DNA of 64,000 nt from Eledone cirrhosa (Eukaryota). The stretch is taken from the NCBI GenBank assembly GCA_964016885.1, contig OZ024744.1, forward strand, positions 122,326,001 to 122,390,000, in the 5' to 3' direction. The position numbers and the translations under genes were made by a program. Under the pieces are notes generated by a model that was not told where the DNA came from, searched no databases, and saw only the letters and a list, made by a program, of their open reading frames with translations. This document shows, piece after piece, positions 59,501 through 64,000 of this stretch (position 1 is the first letter of the stretch; every line of letters starts with the position of its first letter).

Positions 59501-61770
59501 TCTACTTGAAACAAGTCTTCACAATCACATTCCCACAACCAATCAACCCACTTGAAACAAGTCTTCACAATCACATTCCCACAATCAATCTACTTGGGGC
59601 AAGAATTCACAATCACATTCCCACAACCAATCTACTTGAAACAAGTCTTTACAATCACATTCCCCAAACCAACCAATCCACTTGAAACAAGTCTTCACAA
59701 TCACATAACGAATCCACATGAACCAAGTCTTCACAATCACATTCCCACAACCAATCCACTTGAAACAATTCTTCACAATCACATTCCCACAACTAATCCA
59801 CTTGAAACAAGTCTTCAAAATCACATTCCCACAACCAACCAATCCACTTGAAACAAGTCTTCACAATCACATCCCCACAACCAATCCACTTGAGACAAGT
59901 CTTCACAATCAAATTCCCACAACCAATCCACTTGAAACAAGTCTTCACAATCGCATTCCCACAACCAACCAATCCACTTGAAACAAGTCTTCACAATCAC
60001 ATCCCCACAACCAATCCACTTGAGACAAGTCTTCACAATCACATTCAAACAACCAATCCACTTGAAACAAGTCTTCACAATCACATTCCCACAACCAATC
60101 CACTTGAGACAAGTCTTCACAATCAAATTCCCACAACCAATCTACTTGAAACAAGTCTTCACAATCACAATACCACAACCAATCCACTTGAAACAAGTCT
60201 TCACAATCACATTCCCACAACCAAGCTACTTGAAACAAGTCTTCACAATCACATTCCCACAACCAATCAACCCACTTGAAAAAGTCACCACAATCACATT
60301 CCCACAACCAATCTACTTGAAACAAGTCTTCACAATCACATTCCAACAACCAATCAATCCACTTGAACCAAGTCTTCACAATCACATCCCACAACTAACC
60401 CACTTGAAACAAGTCTTCACAATCACATTCCCACAACAAATTCACTTGAAACAAGTCTTCACAATCACATTCCCACAACCAACCCACATGAAACAAGTCT
60501 TCACGATCACATTCGCACAATAAATCCACTTGAAACAAGTCTTCACAATCACATTCCCACAACCAATCTACTTGAGACAAGTCTTCACAATCACATTCCC
60601 ACAACCAACCCACTTGAAACAAGTCTTCACAATCACATTCCCACAATCAATCCACTTGCAACAAGTCTTCACAATCACATTCCCACAACCAATCCACTTG
60701 AAACAGTCTTCACAATCACATTCCCACAACGAATCCACATGAACCAAGTCTTTGCAATCACATTCCAACAACCAATCCACTTGAAACAGGTCTTCACAAT
60801 CATATTCCCACAACCAATCCACTTGAAACAAGTCTTCACAATCACATTCCCACAACCAACCAATCCACTTGAAACAAGTCTTCACAATCACATTCCCACA
60901 ACCAATCCACTTGAAACAAGTCTTCACAATCACATTCCCAAAACCAATCTACTTGAGAAAAGTCTTCACAATCACATTCAAACAACCAATCCACTTGAAA
61001 CAAGTCTTCACAATCACATTCCCACAACCAATCCACTTGAGACAAGTCTTCACAATCACATTCCCACAACCAATCTACTTGAAACAAGTCTTCACAATCA
61101 CATTCCCACAACCAATCAACCCACTTGAAACAAGTCTTCACAATCACATTCCCACAACCAATCTATTTGAAACAAGTCTTCACAATCACATTCCCACAAC
61201 CAATCAATCCACTTGAACCAAGTCTTCACAATCACATCCCACAACCAACCCACTTGAGACAAGTCTTCACGATCACATTCCCACAACCAATCAACCCACT
61301 TGAAACAAGTCTTCACAATCACATTCCCACAACCAACCCACTTGAAACAAATCTTCTCAATCACATTCCCACAACCAACCAACATGAAACAAGTCTTCAC
61401 AATCAACCCACTTGAGACAAGTCTTCACAATCACATTCCCACAACGAACCAATCCACTTGAAACAAGTCTTCACAATTACATTCCTACAACCAACCAACC
61501 CACTTGAAACAAGTCTTCTCAATCACATTCCCACAACCAACCAACCTGAAACAAGTCTTCACAATCAACCCACTTGAAACAAGTCTTCACAACCATATTC
61601 AAACAACCAATACACTTGAACCAAGTCTTCACAATCACATTCCCACAACGAATTCACATGAACCAAGTCTTCAAAATCACGTTCCAACAACCAACCCACT
61701 TGAAACAAGTCTTCACAATCACATTCCGACAACCAATCCACTTGAAACATGTCGTCACAATCACATTCCC
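56550..61770 (+). repeat. Block duplication at 2939-bp offset
   Basis: tcgcattccc at 57012/59951. ORF pairs 57039/59978, 57456/60395, 58186/61125, 58565/61504. Confidence 0.85.
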
Positions 61771-64000
61771 ACAACGAATCAACCCACTTGAAACAAGTCT
61801 TCTCAATCACATTCCCACAACCAACCCACATGAAACAAGTCTTCACAATCAACACACTTGAAACAAGTCTTCACAATCACATTCCCACAATCAATCCACT
61901 TGAAGCAAGTCTTCAGAATCACATTCCCACAACCAATCCACTTGAAACAAGTCTTCACAATCACATTCAAACCATTCCACTTGAAACAAGTCGACACAAT
62001 CACATTCCCACAACCATTCCACTTGAAACAAGTCTTCACAATCACATTCCCAGAACGAATCAACTTGAGACAAGTCTTTACAATCACATTCCCACAACCA
62101 ATCCACTTGAAGCAAGTCTTCACAATCACATTCCCACCACCAATCCACTTGAAACAAGTCTTTACAACCACATTCCCACAACGAATTCACATGAACCAAG
62201 TCTTCAAAATCACATTCCAACAACCAATCCACTTGAAACAAGTCTTCACAATCACATTCCCACAACCAACCCACCTGAGAAAGTCTTCACAATCACATTC
62301 CCACAACGAATCAACCCACTTGAAACAAGTCTTCTCAATCACATTCCCACAACCAACCCACATGAAACAAGTCTTCACAATCAACACACTTGAAACAAGT
62401 CTTCACAATCACATTCCCACAATCAATCCACTTGAAGCAAGTCTTCAGAATCACATTCCCACAACCAATCCACTTGAAACAAGTCGACACAATCACATTC
62501 CCACAACCAATCCACTTGAGACAAGTCTTCACAATCACATTCCCACAACCAATCTACTTGAAACAAGTCTTCACAATCACATTCCCACAACCAATCAACC
62601 CACTTGAAACAAGTCTTCACAATCACATTCCCACAACCAATCTATTTGAAACAAGTCTTCACGATCACATTCCCACAATCAATCAATCAATCCACTTGAA
62701 CCAAGTCTTCACAATCACATCCCACAACCAACCCACTTGAAACAAGTCTTCTCAATCACATTCCTACAACCAACCCACATGAAACAAGTCTTCACAATCA
62801 CATTCCCACAATCAATCCACTTGAAACAAGTCTTCAGAATCACATTCCCACAACCAGTCCACTTGAAAGAAGTCTTCACAATCACATTCCCACAAACAAT
62901 CTACTTGAGACATGTCTTCACAATCACATTCCCACAACCAATCTACTTGACACAAGTCTTCACAATCACATCCCAAACCAACCCACTTGAGACAAGTCTA
63001 CACAATCACATTCCCACAACCAATCCGCTTGAAACAAGTCTTCACAATCACATTCCCACAACCAATCCACTTGAGACAAGTCTTCACAATCACATTCCCA
63101 CAACGAAAGAAGTCTTCACAATCACATTCCCACAACCAATCCACCTGAAACAAGTTTTCACAAACACATTCCCACAACCAATCTACTTGAAACAAGTCTT
63201 CACAATCACATTCTCACAACCAATCCACTTGAAACAAGTCTTCACAATCACGTTCCCAGAACCAATCAACTTGAGACAAGTCTTCACAATCACATCCCAC
63301 AACCTACCCACTTGAGATAAGTCTTCACAATCACATTCCCACAACCAATCTACTTGAAACAAGTCTTCACAATCACATTCCCGCAACAAATCAACCCACT
63401 TGAAACAAGTCTTCACAATCACATTCCCGCAACCAATCCACTTGAAACAAGTCTTCACAATCACATTCCCAGAACGAATCAACTTGAGACAAGTCTTTAC
63501 AATCACATTCCTACAACCAATCCACTTGAGACAAGTCTTTACAATCACATTCCCACAACCAATCCACTTGAAACAAGTCTTCACAATCACATTCCCAAAA
63601 CCAACCAATCCACTTGAAACAAGTCTTCACAATCACATTTCCACAACGAACCAATCCACTTGAAACAAGTCTTCACGATCACATTCCAACAACCAATCCA
63701 CTTGAACCAAGTCTTCACAATCACATTCCCACAACCAATCCACTTGAAACAAGTCTTCACAATCACATTTCCACAATCAATCTACTTGGGACAAGTCTTC
63801 ACAATCACATTCCCACAACCAATCTACTTGAGACAAGTCTTAACAATCACATTCCCACAACGAATCCACATGAACCAAGTCTTCACAATCACATTCCCAC
63901 AACCAATCCACTTGAAACAAGTCTTCACAATCACATTCCCACAACCAACCAATCCACATGAAACAAGTCTTCACAATCACATCCCCACAACCAATCCACT

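Larger units (their letters stand above)
7811..64000 (+). repeat. 42-bp satellite DNA array (>56 kb, open at right edge)
   Basis: Uninterrupted head-to-tail monomers ACTTGA(A/G)ACAAGTCTTCACAATCACATTCCCACAACCAATCC in a single orientation. I saw no foreign insertions. Recurrent 46, 41, 33 and 28 bp length variants. Confidence 0.99.

Noticed and set aside
7752-63961. Hundreds of repetitive ORFs (TTNPLETSLHNHIP, QVFTITFPQPIHLK, WECDCEDLFQVDWL, CGNVIVKTCFKWIG) suggesting a mucin-like or Cys-rich protein
   Set aside because: The 42-bp monomer is 14 codons with four of six frames open by default. Frequent +4, -1 and -14 indels switch frames mid-ORF, most starts are TTG/GTG, and there is no sign of codon-position bias or a unique domain.
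7811-64000. CRISPR-like look (palindrome plus TTGAAAC motif)
   Set aside because: No unique spacers, no cas genes, and the context is eukaryotic.
7811-64000. Telomere repeat tract
   Set aside because: G/T skew is present, but the unit is a complex 42-mer without TTAGGG-type repeats.

Overview
Eukaryotic, repeat-only window with no supportable intact gene, most likely from an invertebrate. The SINE/LINE tails resemble those I recall from octopus genomes, but that is an unverified inference. Bases 1-7810 are a transposon-debris flank. They hold a 5'-truncated, disrupted RTE-type LINE on the minus strand (YADD at ~1618-1632, with a C4HC3 PHD-like finger inside the RT region), two further RTE 3' fragments, and a short REL-endonuclease-type retroelement remnant. 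They also hold a tRNA-derived SINE whose middle is expanded into an 85-bp minisatellite, a 44-bp hairpin minisatellite, and (TA)n/(GA)n microsatellites. From 7811 to the window end (>56 kb, roughly 1,300 monomers) is one head-to-tail 42-bp satellite, consensus ACTTGA(A/G)ACAAGTCTTCACAATCACATTCCCACAACCAATCC. It carries nested, near-identical higher-order duplications at offsets of ~5.55, ~3.9, ~12.4, 1.67, 2.94 and ~9.1 kb. The hundreds of ORFs in the array are read-through artefacts of a 14-codon monomer. I see no convincing novel protein-coding system. The best leads are the satellite's architecture and motif content, the SINE-born minisatellite, and the PHD-bearing RTE.
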